Of a DNA stretch of 64,000 nt, positions 35,418 to 43,290 are shown piece after piece; positions within the stretch are counted from its first letter, which is position 1; every line of letters starts with the position of its first letter. The stretch is from positions 15,556 to 79,555 of the forward strand of contig CAXTFY010000001.1 in NCBI GenBank assembly GCA_964243265.1. The letters run 5' to 3'. Source of the stretch: an uncultured Acetobacteraceae bacterium. GTDB lineage: Bacteria; Pseudomonadota; Alphaproteobacteria; Acetobacterales; Acetobacteraceae. Below the pieces are notes generated by a model. That model was not told where the DNA came from. It saw only the letters and a program-made list of their open reading frames with translations, and did not search any database. Position numbers and translations under genes: made by a program.

Positions 35418-35842
35418 GTTGCTTGCTCTACTGCCGGCCGCGTGGCCTTGGCGAGGACCTGCGCGGCATTCTCCAACATCTCGTCCACCTGTTCCGCATT
35501 TTTCTGCACAAAGACGGCCATTGCAGCGGCGTGGCTTCGCTTGGCGGCCTGGGTATCGCCAACGCCGAGTTTGATGCTTACCTGATCCTCCCGCACCGTG
35601 GTCAGCAGCGTGTGAAGCTGATCCAGCACCGCAAAGAGGTCCGGGGCGGCGGCGATCAGGCGCGCATTGGCCTTAGCTTCCTCGGCAGCGTTCTTTGCAT
35701 TTGGGGCAGAGCCGTCCCAGGCCGGAACGAAGGCTGCTGGGTAGCCGGCGCTGTCAACGATGCAAAGCACGTTGCCCGCTACAGTGAGGTTCCTGGAGGC
35801 TTCTGCCCGCCACGGTCTCGGTCCGTGTGCCGCGGCAATCAT
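35414..35842 (-). CDS. Ead/Ea22-like protein
   Basis: 'ANARLIAAAPDLFAVLDQL' signature. ATGA overlaps at both ends. Confidence 0.5.
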   Translation of the reverse strand: MIAAAHGPRPWRAEASRNLTVAGNVLCIVDSAGYPAAFVPAWDGSAPNAKNAAEEAKANARLIAAAPDLFAVLDQLHTLLTTVREDQVSIKLGVGDTQAAKRSHAAAMAVFVQKNAEQVDEMLENAAQVLAKATRPAVEQAT

Positions 35843-36288
35843 GCCGCCACTTCCCCGTTTCGGCGGGTGCGTAGCCGGGCGCGGATCATGGCGCACATCA
35901 AAACGTTCTGCTGCGACGTGGCATTCGGCAGGTCCCGGATATGGCCTAGCAGCAGGTGAAGCTGGGCGCGGGTCTCGCCGCGCAAGGCCCGACGGAACAT
36001 CGACTTGAACGAGGCGTTGGCGTCGAGCATCGCAACGACGGCTTCGATGTCCGGTGAACGTTTGCGTTCAACGTCCGGTGAACGTCTGCGTTCAACGCCG
36101 GCAGGCTGGACGCCCTCCATGACGACCTCGGCCAGCAGGTCGGCGCTAAACGCGATGTGCGCCATCTCTCCGCGCATTGCAGTGGTGCGGCACACCCGGC
36201 GGGCATCCGCCGCGTCGCCGATGAAGGCGGCATCCTGCATCACGATGCGGGCCGCGGCTTCGATGACTTGGTTGACGTTTTGGCGCAT
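35839..36288 (-). CDS. hypothetical protein containing a 24-bp tandem duplication
   Basis: 149-aa ORF. 'VERRRSPD/VERKRSPD' is encoded by the repeat at 36049-36096. Confidence 0.45.
   Translation of the reverse strand: MRQNVNQVIEAAARIVMQDAAFIGDAADARRVCRTTAMRGEMAHIAFSADLLAEVVMEGVQPAGVERRRSPDVERKRSPDIEAVVAMLDANASFKSMFRRALRGETRAQLHLLLGHIRDLPNATSQQNVLMCAMIRARLRTRRNGEVAA
36049..36096. repeat. 2 x 24-bp tandem repeat, each unit with an internal palindrome
   Basis: GTCCGGTGAACGT(T/C)TGCGTTCAAC twice, with one mismatch. Each unit contains TGAACG-N4-CGTTCA. Confidence 0.75.
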
Positions 36289-36302
36289 GTTCGGCGCTCC
36301 TG

Positions 36303-36327
36303 TTGGGGGCCGCAGCCCCCGGTTGCG
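36303..36327 (-). repeat. intercistronic hairpin repeat, copy A
   Basis: TTGGGGGCCGCAGCCCCCGGTTGCG, identical to 36655-36679. On the mRNA strand it forms GGGGGC-UGCG-GCCCCC just upstream of GGAG and ATG 36288. Confidence 0.7.
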
Positions 36328-36333
36328 TGAGGG

Positions 36334-36639
36334 CTAGGCGGCGTCGTCGGCTTGCAAGGCATCGGCCGTGCAACTGAAACCGTCCTCGTTGACCAGCTCG
36401 CCAGAGTCCAGGGTCAGCGTCTTGGTGCTGGCGTCCCAATCGCCCCATGCACTGTCGCCGCCCCAGCAGACGGCGCCGCGGTTCTCGTACGGCCAAACCG
36501 TCATCTGTCCACGCTGGCCGCCGCTGTATGTGATGCCCCAGGTTTCGCAACCGACCTTCAACTCGACGCGCTGATCCAGCGCCGAGCAGTCCTCGCGGGC
36601 TTCATCCAGGTTTTCACGGGTAACGATGATCTTGTTCAT
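36334..36639 (-). CDS. hypothetical protein
   Basis: ORF trimmed to ATG 36639 (MNKIIVTREN...), preceded by the repeated hairpin-plus-GGAG element. Confidence 0.5.
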   Translation of the reverse strand: MNKIIVTRENLDEAREDCSALDQRVELKVGCETWGITYSGGQRGQMTVWPYENRGAVCWGGDSAWGDWDASTKTLTLDSGELVNEDGFSCTADALQADDAA

Positions 36640-36654
36640 GCGATTGGCTCCGGT

Positions 36655-36679
36655 TTGGGGGCCGCAGCCCCCGGTTGCG
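36655..36679 (-). repeat. intercistronic hairpin repeat, copy B
   Basis: The same 25-mer as 36303-36327, upstream of GGAG and ATG 36639. Confidence 0.7.
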
Positions 36680-36685
36680 AGAATG

Positions 36686-36922
36686 TCAGGGGGTGGAGGC
36701 GGTGGCCGAGTTGTTCTTGAGCATCCGCCGCGCCAGGGCAGGTTCAACCTTCGTGACAGGCACAATCTCGCCGGCGAATTTCGCCGGGATGCCGTGCGGC
36801 TTGGCGGTGAAGCTGATCCCGCCGTAGGTGCGGTATGCGTGCGTGTAGCCATAGTCGGCGGCAGAGCCGCGGATAACGGTCTGACCGTTCACAAACTCAG
36901 CCTTAAAGTAGGTTTTCGCCAT
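36686..36922 (-). CDS. hypothetical protein
   Basis: 78-aa ORF. First gene of antisense island 2. Confidence 0.5.
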   Translation of the reverse strand: MAKTYFKAEFVNGQTVIRGSAADYGYTHAYRTYGGISFTAKPHGIPAKFAGEIVPVTKVEPALARRMLKNNSATASTP

Positions 36923-36970
36923 GCTAGGATGCCTTGCTGCCGGGGCACCATCGCCGCCGGCGTATTACTT

Positions 36971-36984
36971 GTGACAGGTCACGA
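36971..36984. promoter_or_regulatory. palindromic operator candidate in a divergent promoter region
   Basis: GTGAC-AG-GTCAC(GA) in the AT-richer 90-bp gap between 36922(-) and 37013(+). The right arm read in reverse is TCGTGAC, the core of the 23-nt box. Confidence 0.35.
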
Positions 36985-37012
36985 ATAATACCGCAACAGG
37001 TATCGAACCAAC

Positions 37013-38224
37013 ATGGCCGTGCTGCTGATCGACGTGGGCGACGTGCCGGCGTGCCACTGCGACGATGCGCTGGAAGGCATGTACAAGGCGCTGGCGGAAT
37101 CGCCGGATGGCGACGACCGGAGCATTTGGGCGCCGCACCCCAACCCCTTCCTGACGGAACACGTCGAGGACGTGACCCAGCGGTTCCAAGCCATCCTGGA
37201 GCGCATCCAGGACATCATCGCCCGGCTGCTGACCGGGGAGCCGATCGGCACCCTGGCGAAAGCCGACGTGCCCTGGATGCGGTGGGAGCCGGAGCAGTTC
37301 GAGACGGTCCGCCTGATGCTGGAAGCCAAGGCCCCGGCGCTTTACACGCTGGACGATTGGATGCTGGTCGCCGACTACCTGATCCAGCGATACCTGCCCG
37401 ACGCCGTGATCCAGAACGAAAGCGAGTACCTGACGGTGCGCGCCTCGATCCTGGGGAAGATCCAGGCTGGCGCCGGCATGACACCGCCCACGCCGGACAT
37501 GATGCAAGTTTGGTCCACGCTGACGCCCACGCTGTTCGCCACCGTTCCGGCCCGCGTATTGAGCACGTTGGAGCTGGAGATCATGCACGTTGCCAAGACA
37601 AGGGCGGCGCTGCACATCGGGTCGGTGACGGAGAGCATCCGCGCCCGGATGAAGGAAATCATCGTCCAGCACGTCCAGGCGCAGATCCTCGGGCAAAAGG
37701 AAGGGCAGGCGACCGCGCTCCGTTCGGCGCTATTCGACCAGTTCGGCAAGCTGAACCGCGACTTTCGCCGGATTGCCGTCACCGAGGCGGGGGAGGCTTG
37801 CAACACCGGCTACATCTCGGCCCTGCAGCCCGGCACCCGGGTCCGGCGGGTGGAGGCGTACCGCGGGGCCTGCCCGTTCTGCCAGTCGATCAACGGCCAG
37901 GTTTACACCGTCATCTCGCCCGACGATCGCCGCACATTGGACGTGAGCGGGCCAGATCATTACGTTTGGGTGGGCAAAAGCAATGTAGGCCGCTCCGCCT
38001 CGCCGAACCGTCGCGTGGGCAACGAGTTGGTCGCGCGCTTGCCGTTCGAGTGCTGGTGGTGCGCCGCCGGCGTCATCCACGCGCATTGCCGCGGCTGCTG
38101 GGTGACGCTGACGGAGGCTGCCGCGAACGTGGCGCCCGCGTTCGCCGCCTGGATGGGCGGGCTGCTCGCCCAGCACCGCGCGGCCCTGGCGGTCAACGAC
38201 CCGGTGCCGGACCTGCCGGACTAG
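37013..38224 (+). CDS. MuF-like / SPP1 gp7-like head morphogenesis protein
   Basis: 'FRRIAVTEAGEACNTGYISAL...GACPFCQSINGQVYTV' is the Phage_Mu_F signature. Confidence 0.75.
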   Translation: MAVLLIDVGDVPACHCDDALEGMYKALAESPDGDDRSIWAPHPNPFLTEHVEDVTQRFQAILERIQDIIARLLTGEPIGTLAKADVPWMRWEPEQFETVRLMLEAKAPALYTLDDWMLVADYLIQRYLPDAVIQNESEYLTVRASILGKIQAGAGMTPPTPDMMQVWSTLTPTLFATVPARVLSTLELEIMHVAKTRAALHIGSVTESIRARMKEIIVQHVQAQILGQKEGQATALRSALFDQFGKLNRDFRRIAVTEAGEACNTGYISALQPGTRVRRVEAYRGACPFCQSINGQVYTVISPDDRRTLDVSGPDHYVWVGKSNVGRSASPNRRVGNELVARLPFECWWCAAGVIHAHCRGCWVTLTEAAANVAPAFAAWMGGLLAQHRAALAVNDPVPDLPD

Positions 38225-38227
38225 GGG

Positions 38228-38250
38228 TGTCGTGACACGATGCTGGCGGC
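38228..38250 (+). promoter_or_regulatory. TGTCGTGAC box ending at ATG 38251
   Basis: TGTCGTGACACGATGCTGGCGGC at -23 to -1. The middle part differs here and forms TCGTG-A-CACGA. Confidence 0.5.
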
Positions 38251-38790
38251 ATGGCGATCGTCACCTTCCAAAACCACCCGGCGTCCCTCCAGCGCCCGTC
38301 CGAGGGGCAGTTGCAGGCGGGCAACTATGCCAAGGCACACCGCAGCTTTCAGGGGTTGCCGGTCACGATCGAAAACCGGCGCGGCTCGGTCCGCTCCGGC
38401 CGGGACCGCGGCGGGCACGAGTGGGCCGTCTCGATGCAACACGACTATGGCTACGTCCGGGGCACGTTGGGCGTGGATGGCGACCATTTCGACGTGTATC
38501 TCGGGCCGGACGACGAGGCGCCGACGGCCTACATCGTCACCACCATGGCGCCGCCGGACTTCCGCCAGACGGACGAGCAAAAGGCCATGCTCGGCTTCCA
38601 GTCCGAGGAGCAGGCGCGTGCGGCCTACCTGGCGCACTATGACAATCCTGCCTTCCTTGGCTCCGTCCGCGCAATGCCGATGGCGGAGTTCAAGGCCCAG
38701 CTCGCCACCACGCGCGAGCATCCGCGGATGCTGAAGGCCGCTGCCGCCGGGCTAGTGCTGTTCCGGACTGCACATCCTCCGGTTGAATGA
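38251..38790 (+). CDS. inorganic-pyrophosphatase-fold-like protein
   Basis: 'VTIENRRGSVRSG...HDYGYVRGTLGVDGDHFDVYLG' parallels the PPase 'IEIP.G...NYGYI..T...DGDP.DV' pattern. The C-terminus 'GLVLFRTAHPP' looks like a truncated ILFLKA module. Confidence 0.45.
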   Translation: MAIVTFQNHPASLQRPSEGQLQAGNYAKAHRSFQGLPVTIENRRGSVRSGRDRGGHEWAVSMQHDYGYVRGTLGVDGDHFDVYLGPDDEAPTAYIVTTMAPPDFRQTDEQKAMLGFQSEEQARAAYLAHYDNPAFLGSVRAMPMAEFKAQLATTREHPRMLKAAAAGLVLFRTAHPPVE

Positions 38791-38848
38791 CCCGGCCACA
38801 CCGCGCAGAGAGTGCTACCTAGACGGGTAGAACCTGCACGGTGGCCCC

Positions 38849-39337
38849 ATGTCCGACGAGACTTTCCCGGCAAGCCCGGTCTATGGCGCGCTGGTGTACA
38901 ACACGAACATCAAGCTATTCGGTGTCGATGACACCCTGACCCCACCGCGGCCGGGTTGGCTGCTGTCCGGCCAGCTCGGTGGCGGCGGGGGCACCACGGC
39001 GCTGGTCTTCGTCTTCATCGGCGCCCCGGCCGCGGGCGGCACGATCAGCCTCCCGATGCCGTTCGCGGTGACGATCCCTGCCAACCTCGCGGGCACCTTG
39101 ACGTTCTCCACCCCGCCGGCAGCCGCGGCGGCCTTCACGCTTCAGGCGACGGTCAGCAAGGCGGTCATCGACCTCGGCACCATAACCGTCGAGCCGGGAA
39201 GCGCCACGAACTTTGTGCTGAGCACCCAGGACGCGGCGACGATCCCGGCGGGCGCGGTGGTGCGGATGATCGCGCCGGCCACCGCCGATGCCACGCTGGC
39301 CGATTGCAGTTTCACCGTCTTGGCAGCGAGGGCATAG
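38849..39337 (+). CDS. virion structural / fibre-associated protein
   Basis: 162 aa, Ala/Thr/Gly-rich and beta-looking. Directly upstream of the discoidin-repeat protein. Confidence 0.45.
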   Translation: MSDETFPASPVYGALVYNTNIKLFGVDDTLTPPRPGWLLSGQLGGGGGTTALVFVFIGAPAAGGTISLPMPFAVTIPANLAGTLTFSTPPAAAAAFTLQATVSKAVIDLGTITVEPGSATNFVLSTQDAATIPAGAVVRMIAPATADATLADCSFTVLAARA

Positions 39338-39340
39338 GCG

Positions 39341-41962
39341 ATGGCAGCGCATCGCTATTACCGGCTGGTTTTCGGGACGACCCCGGATGGCGGGGCCACC
39401 GCCATCCAGACGATTACTATGGGCGGAGCAGATGGCGTCAACCTCGCCACGGCAGCCGCGAATGTTATTGCCGACCCAAAAAGCCGTAGCTCCTACCCGG
39501 CAGTAGCGGCGATTGCCGGCGGGGCTGGCGAGTGGGTGGCCGACAGTGCTCCCGGCTCAACCTGGGCCTACGATTTCGGCGCTGGCAACACGGTTGACAT
39601 ACAGACCATCGGCCTGACCGTGCCGGGCTACGTCGGGGGCTTCCCCACCTCTGTTCAGGTGCAGTCCTCGGACACCAATAACGGGACCGACTGGACAAGC
39701 ACCTGGTCGGAAACGATCCCGGCCAGCCCCGTAACCGGGCAAGTCTTCAACTATCACGATCCGGCGCTTGATACCGTGTTTCCAGCCGGGGAATACAGGT
39801 ATTGGCAGTTGTTGTTTCCGTCCTCATCTGTCACTCCCACCATAGCTGTCCAATATGTCACCCTGGCCGGCACAGACAATATCAACCGCGCCACAAGCCC
39901 TGCCATGGTCAGCGGCGACAACAAAACACGCAGCGGTTATCCGGCGATCAATGCCATTGTCGGTCAGGCCGGTGAGTGGGTTTCAGACGGCGCTCCCAAT
40001 GCTTATCTAGCCTTTGATTTCGGCCCTGGTAATGCCTTCAACATACAGAATGTAGAATTAACCGTTCCTGATTATGTTGCAGGGTTTCCAACATCGCTCA
40101 ATGCCCAGGCTTCAAGCAGTGGCAATGGCACAGATTGGACAACCATCTGGTCCGCCGCCCAGAGCGCCGCTGTTACATCGGGTCAGGTGATAACCTACTC
40201 AAGTTCAGGATCAGCCACTCCCACACCGCCCGTCACGCCCACTCCACCGGCCACACCAACCGACCAGGGCCGCACCACGGCCGTCCACCGTTACTGGCAG
40301 GTTTACGTGCGCCAAACCGCCTCGGCCGGCGCGATGGGCGCGCACGCCATCGCGCTGTACACCGCCGATGGGGTGAACCAGGCCACGCTTGCCGCGAACG
40401 CTTCGTCATCGACGCTCGACGGCGGCACCCCGCCGGGCAACGCGATCATCGGGGCGCCGCAGGACCCTAACAGCGACTCGGACAACTGGGCGTTCGGCGG
40501 GTCGGTGCCGGGCTGGTGGGGCTATGACCTTGGCGCGGGCAATGCCGCGCTGATCACCACGGTCGGGATGCGGGCGCGCAATGACGCCTACTTTGACCAG
40601 TTGCCCACCGAATGGGACCTCCGCTGGTCCGATGACGGCACCGATTACAACACGCAATGGTCGGCCACGCTGGCCGCGCCGGTCCAGGAGCAGCAGCTTT
40701 ACACCGTCCACGACCCGGAGGTGGTGGTGCCCGCGGCGCTGGCGGTGCAAGCGGCAACGACCGTGCTGGCGTTTGACGGGTTTGAGAGCTACTCGGGCGT
40801 CGCGGACATGTTCGCCCCGACGCGCGGGTTCCTCACCTGGTCGGGTGCGCCGGATACCCAATCGGGGTTCACGCCTGGCGGCCCGTTGCAAGGGGTCTGC
40901 CTGTCGCTGGCCGACGACCCGATCACGGCTACGTTGGCTGAGACGGTGGCGTGCGGCGTCCTTGGGTTCCGCGTGGGCGCAACGGCCGCCGCCGCGGGTC
41001 CGATGACCGTGCGGCTGCTCGACGCCTATGGCGTCACCTTCTTCACCGCCTCTTTCACCATCGGCGCTGGCGTCACCACCATCACCAACAGCGACAGCTC
41101 CCAGCCGTTGCCCGGCCCTGCCGCCGGGCATACCGCCGCGGGCCTCTATTTCGAGGTGGGCTGGTCCTGGACACCAACTTGGGACACCGTGTTCGCCGGG
41201 GTGTTCGGGGTCAGCGGGGCATCGTGGTCGGAGTTCCAGGGATGCCTGGGCACCTCGCAATCACTGGCCTCGGTGGTGTTCACGGGCGCCACCCAGGACG
41301 GCCAGTCGTTTGAGATCGACGACATCTACCTGATCGCCAACGTCGCCCCGGTCAACTACACCGGGGGCAACATCGACACCGGGTATGATACGACGCTAGG
41401 CGATGTCCAGGTCGTGCCGCACCCGCTGACCCCCGACTCGCTGTCGCCGCTGGTCCGCATCAGCTCCCCCACGCCCTACCCTGAACTGGCGATGGGCACC
41501 CCGCCCGTCTCCGCTGACCACCTCTATTTGGCCAGCCGCATACAGGCAACCTACAACCAGACCGGGACCGGCGCTGCGGTGGTGCAGTCGTTGCTCGATG
41601 CCCCGGGCCAGCAGGCGCAACAGGCGTCAGGCGCGCAGCAAGTGCTGCCCGCCGCCGGAACCGCGGTCACGGTGGTCGATGTGCTGCGCGCCGCCGATGC
41701 CGCGCCGCTGACCGCCCAAAGCGGCGGCACCCTGGCCGGTGGCAACCCTGGCGGCGTCACGGACGCGACAATCGCCGCGGGGGCGGTGCGCGGCGAGGTG
41801 GCGCTCTACGCCATCGGGCCGGACGTTCAGGGGCTCACCCAATCGGTCAACGTGACCAACCCCGCCGTGTCGTCGCTGGTGCGCTCCACGCCCGTCACCG
41901 TGACGCCGACGCCGACGCCCACGCCGTCCACCGCCCGCGGATACGCCTTCATCATGGCCTAG
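39341..41962 (+). CDS. 873-aa protein with three tandem discoidin (F5/8 type C, galactose-binding-like) domains
   Basis: Three repeats of about 145 aa start 'HRYYRL', 'YRYWQL' and 'HRYWQV'. Each ends '...SSD..NGTDWT..WS' or 'WSDDGTDYNTQWS'. PT-rich linkers. Probable receptor-binding or decoration protein. Confidence 0.7.
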   Translation: MAAHRYYRLVFGTTPDGGATAIQTITMGGADGVNLATAAANVIADPKSRSSYPAVAAIAGGAGEWVADSAPGSTWAYDFGAGNTVDIQTIGLTVPGYVGGFPTSVQVQSSDTNNGTDWTSTWSETIPASPVTGQVFNYHDPALDTVFPAGEYRYWQLLFPSSSVTPTIAVQYVTLAGTDNINRATSPAMVSGDNKTRSGYPAINAIVGQAGEWVSDGAPNAYLAFDFGPGNAFNIQNVELTVPDYVAGFPTSLNAQASSSGNGTDWTTIWSAAQSAAVTSGQVITYSSSGSATPTPPVTPTPPATPTDQGRTTAVHRYWQVYVRQTASAGAMGAHAIALYTADGVNQATLAANASSSTLDGGTPPGNAIIGAPQDPNSDSDNWAFGGSVPGWWGYDLGAGNAALITTVGMRARNDAYFDQLPTEWDLRWSDDGTDYNTQWSATLAAPVQEQQLYTVHDPEVVVPAALAVQAATTVLAFDGFESYSGVADMFAPTRGFLTWSGAPDTQSGFTPGGPLQGVCLSLADDPITATLAETVACGVLGFRVGATAAAAGPMTVRLLDAYGVTFFTASFTIGAGVTTITNSDSSQPLPGPAAGHTAAGLYFEVGWSWTPTWDTVFAGVFGVSGASWSEFQGCLGTSQSLASVVFTGATQDGQSFEIDDIYLIANVAPVNYTGGNIDTGYDTTLGDVQVVPHPLTPDSLSPLVRISSPTPYPELAMGTPPVSADHLYLASRIQATYNQTGTGAAVVQSLLDAPGQQAQQASGAQQVLPAAGTAVTVVDVLRAADAAPLTAQSGGTLAGGNPGGVTDATIAAGAVRGEVALYAIGPDVQGLTQSVNVTNPAVSSLVRSTPVTVTPTPTPTPSTARGYAFIMA

Positions 41963-41974
41963 ACGCGCCTGGGG

Positions 41975-41997
41975 TGTCGTGACGCCAGGCTGGGCGC
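41975..41997 (+). promoter_or_regulatory. TGTCGTGAC box ending at ATG 41998
   Basis: TGTCGTGACGCCAGGCTGGGCGC at -23 to -1. Confidence 0.5.
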
Positions 41998-43290
41998 ATG
42001 TCCCAGCATGGCACCCCGATCCTGTTCCTAAAGGCGATCATCCGCGGCGGCGCGGCCGGCGACCTGTTCGGCACGACCGTCGAGGTGGCCGGGCACACGC
42101 GGGACGGCAAGTATGTCGCGCCCTACAGCGCGACCCGGCAAAAGGCCGCTCCGAAGCCTCCAGCCCCTAAGCCGCCGGCGAAAGCCGAGTGGGAAGGCCG
42201 GCCCGTCGCATACGGCCACCTGGCGACCATCGAACACGAGGGGGTCAGCTACAAGGCAAGCCTGCACAAGCGACCCACGGGCCATCGCTGGCACCTCTCC
42301 ACCGCGGGGGAGAAAAGCGGACCCATCGGGCACAACATGTACCACTCGGGCACTCGCACGCTCGGCAGCGCCGTCGATTACCTCCGGGGCCTCATCAAGC
42401 ACGGGGAGCTGACCGTGCATCCCGACGGGCCGCCCGGGGCGACGCCGGCGGCGGTAGCAGCGCCGGCGAAGGCCAAGGCTGCGCCAGATCCGGCGGACCT
42501 GGCCGAATTGCGGCCCCAGCCGGCGCACCTGGTCGAGATGCGGGCCAAGTTGGCGACGCTGAAGAAGCAACGATACCCGGGCGCGTCAGGCGAGTTCCTG
42601 ACCAAGCTGTATGGCGCCCGCCTGGCGGCTGATCCCTCACGCTGGAAGGTCGGAATGGGCGTGCGCTACCCGGTCGCCGGTGGTGGCAAGGGTGCGCAGT
42701 GGAACCGCGGTTTTCGCATCGTCGATGTGTCGCCGGACGACAAGATGGCGCTGCTGCGGATGGTGCGCGACACCGGCCTCACCACGTCGGGCGGCAACGA
42801 CGACCGGATAGATGACGTCTGGGTTTACATGGGGGAGTTGGTGCGGGAGCGGTCGGGGGACTCCCCTGCACCCGCTCCCGCGTCGAACCCAGCGGTTCGC
42901 CGGACACCGTCGCACGTCGCTGATGAGGGGCTTGCAATCGCCCCGGAGATCCCGTCACAGGTCATCGACTACGTCAAGCGCGCCCTGGCCTCACTGGCGG
43001 ACGTGCGCGCGACCATGGACAGGCATCGCTCGGAATCCGACGTCCGCACCGGGCACCAGGGCGAGGCCGGGCTTTACTACCACCACGGGGACGAAGCCCA
43101 GCGCCACATCGCCGCCGCCCATGCCAGCCTGGCGAAGGTGCGGAACATGGCCGAGGCCAAGGGCATCGACTTCGATGCCGTGCTCGCCAGCCTCGGCGGT
43201 GTGACCGACACGACCCCCCTGCAGCCGCCGGCCGGCTGGGTTGACGCCGAGAACCATTACCAGCGGCGGGACCTGCCCAGCTCAAATTGA
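41998..43290 (+). CDS. ILFLKA-module protein with cargo of unknown function
   Basis: N-terminus 'PILFLKAIIRGGAAGDLFGTTVEVAGHTRDGKYVAPYSATRQK', then a Pro/Lys linker, then about 370 aa with no motif I recognise. Confidence 0.6.
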   Translation: MSQHGTPILFLKAIIRGGAAGDLFGTTVEVAGHTRDGKYVAPYSATRQKAAPKPPAPKPPAKAEWEGRPVAYGHLATIEHEGVSYKASLHKRPTGHRWHLSTAGEKSGPIGHNMYHSGTRTLGSAVDYLRGLIKHGELTVHPDGPPGATPAAVAAPAKAKAAPDPADLAELRPQPAHLVEMRAKLATLKKQRYPGASGEFLTKLYGARLAADPSRWKVGMGVRYPVAGGGKGAQWNRGFRIVDVSPDDKMALLRMVRDTGLTTSGGNDDRIDDVWVYMGELVRERSGDSPAPAPASNPAVRRTPSHVADEGLAIAPEIPSQVIDYVKRALASLADVRATMDRHRSESDVRTGHQGEAGLYYHHGDEAQRHIAAAHASLAKVRNMAEAKGIDFDAVLASLGGVTDTTPLQPPAGWVDAENHYQRRDLPSSN

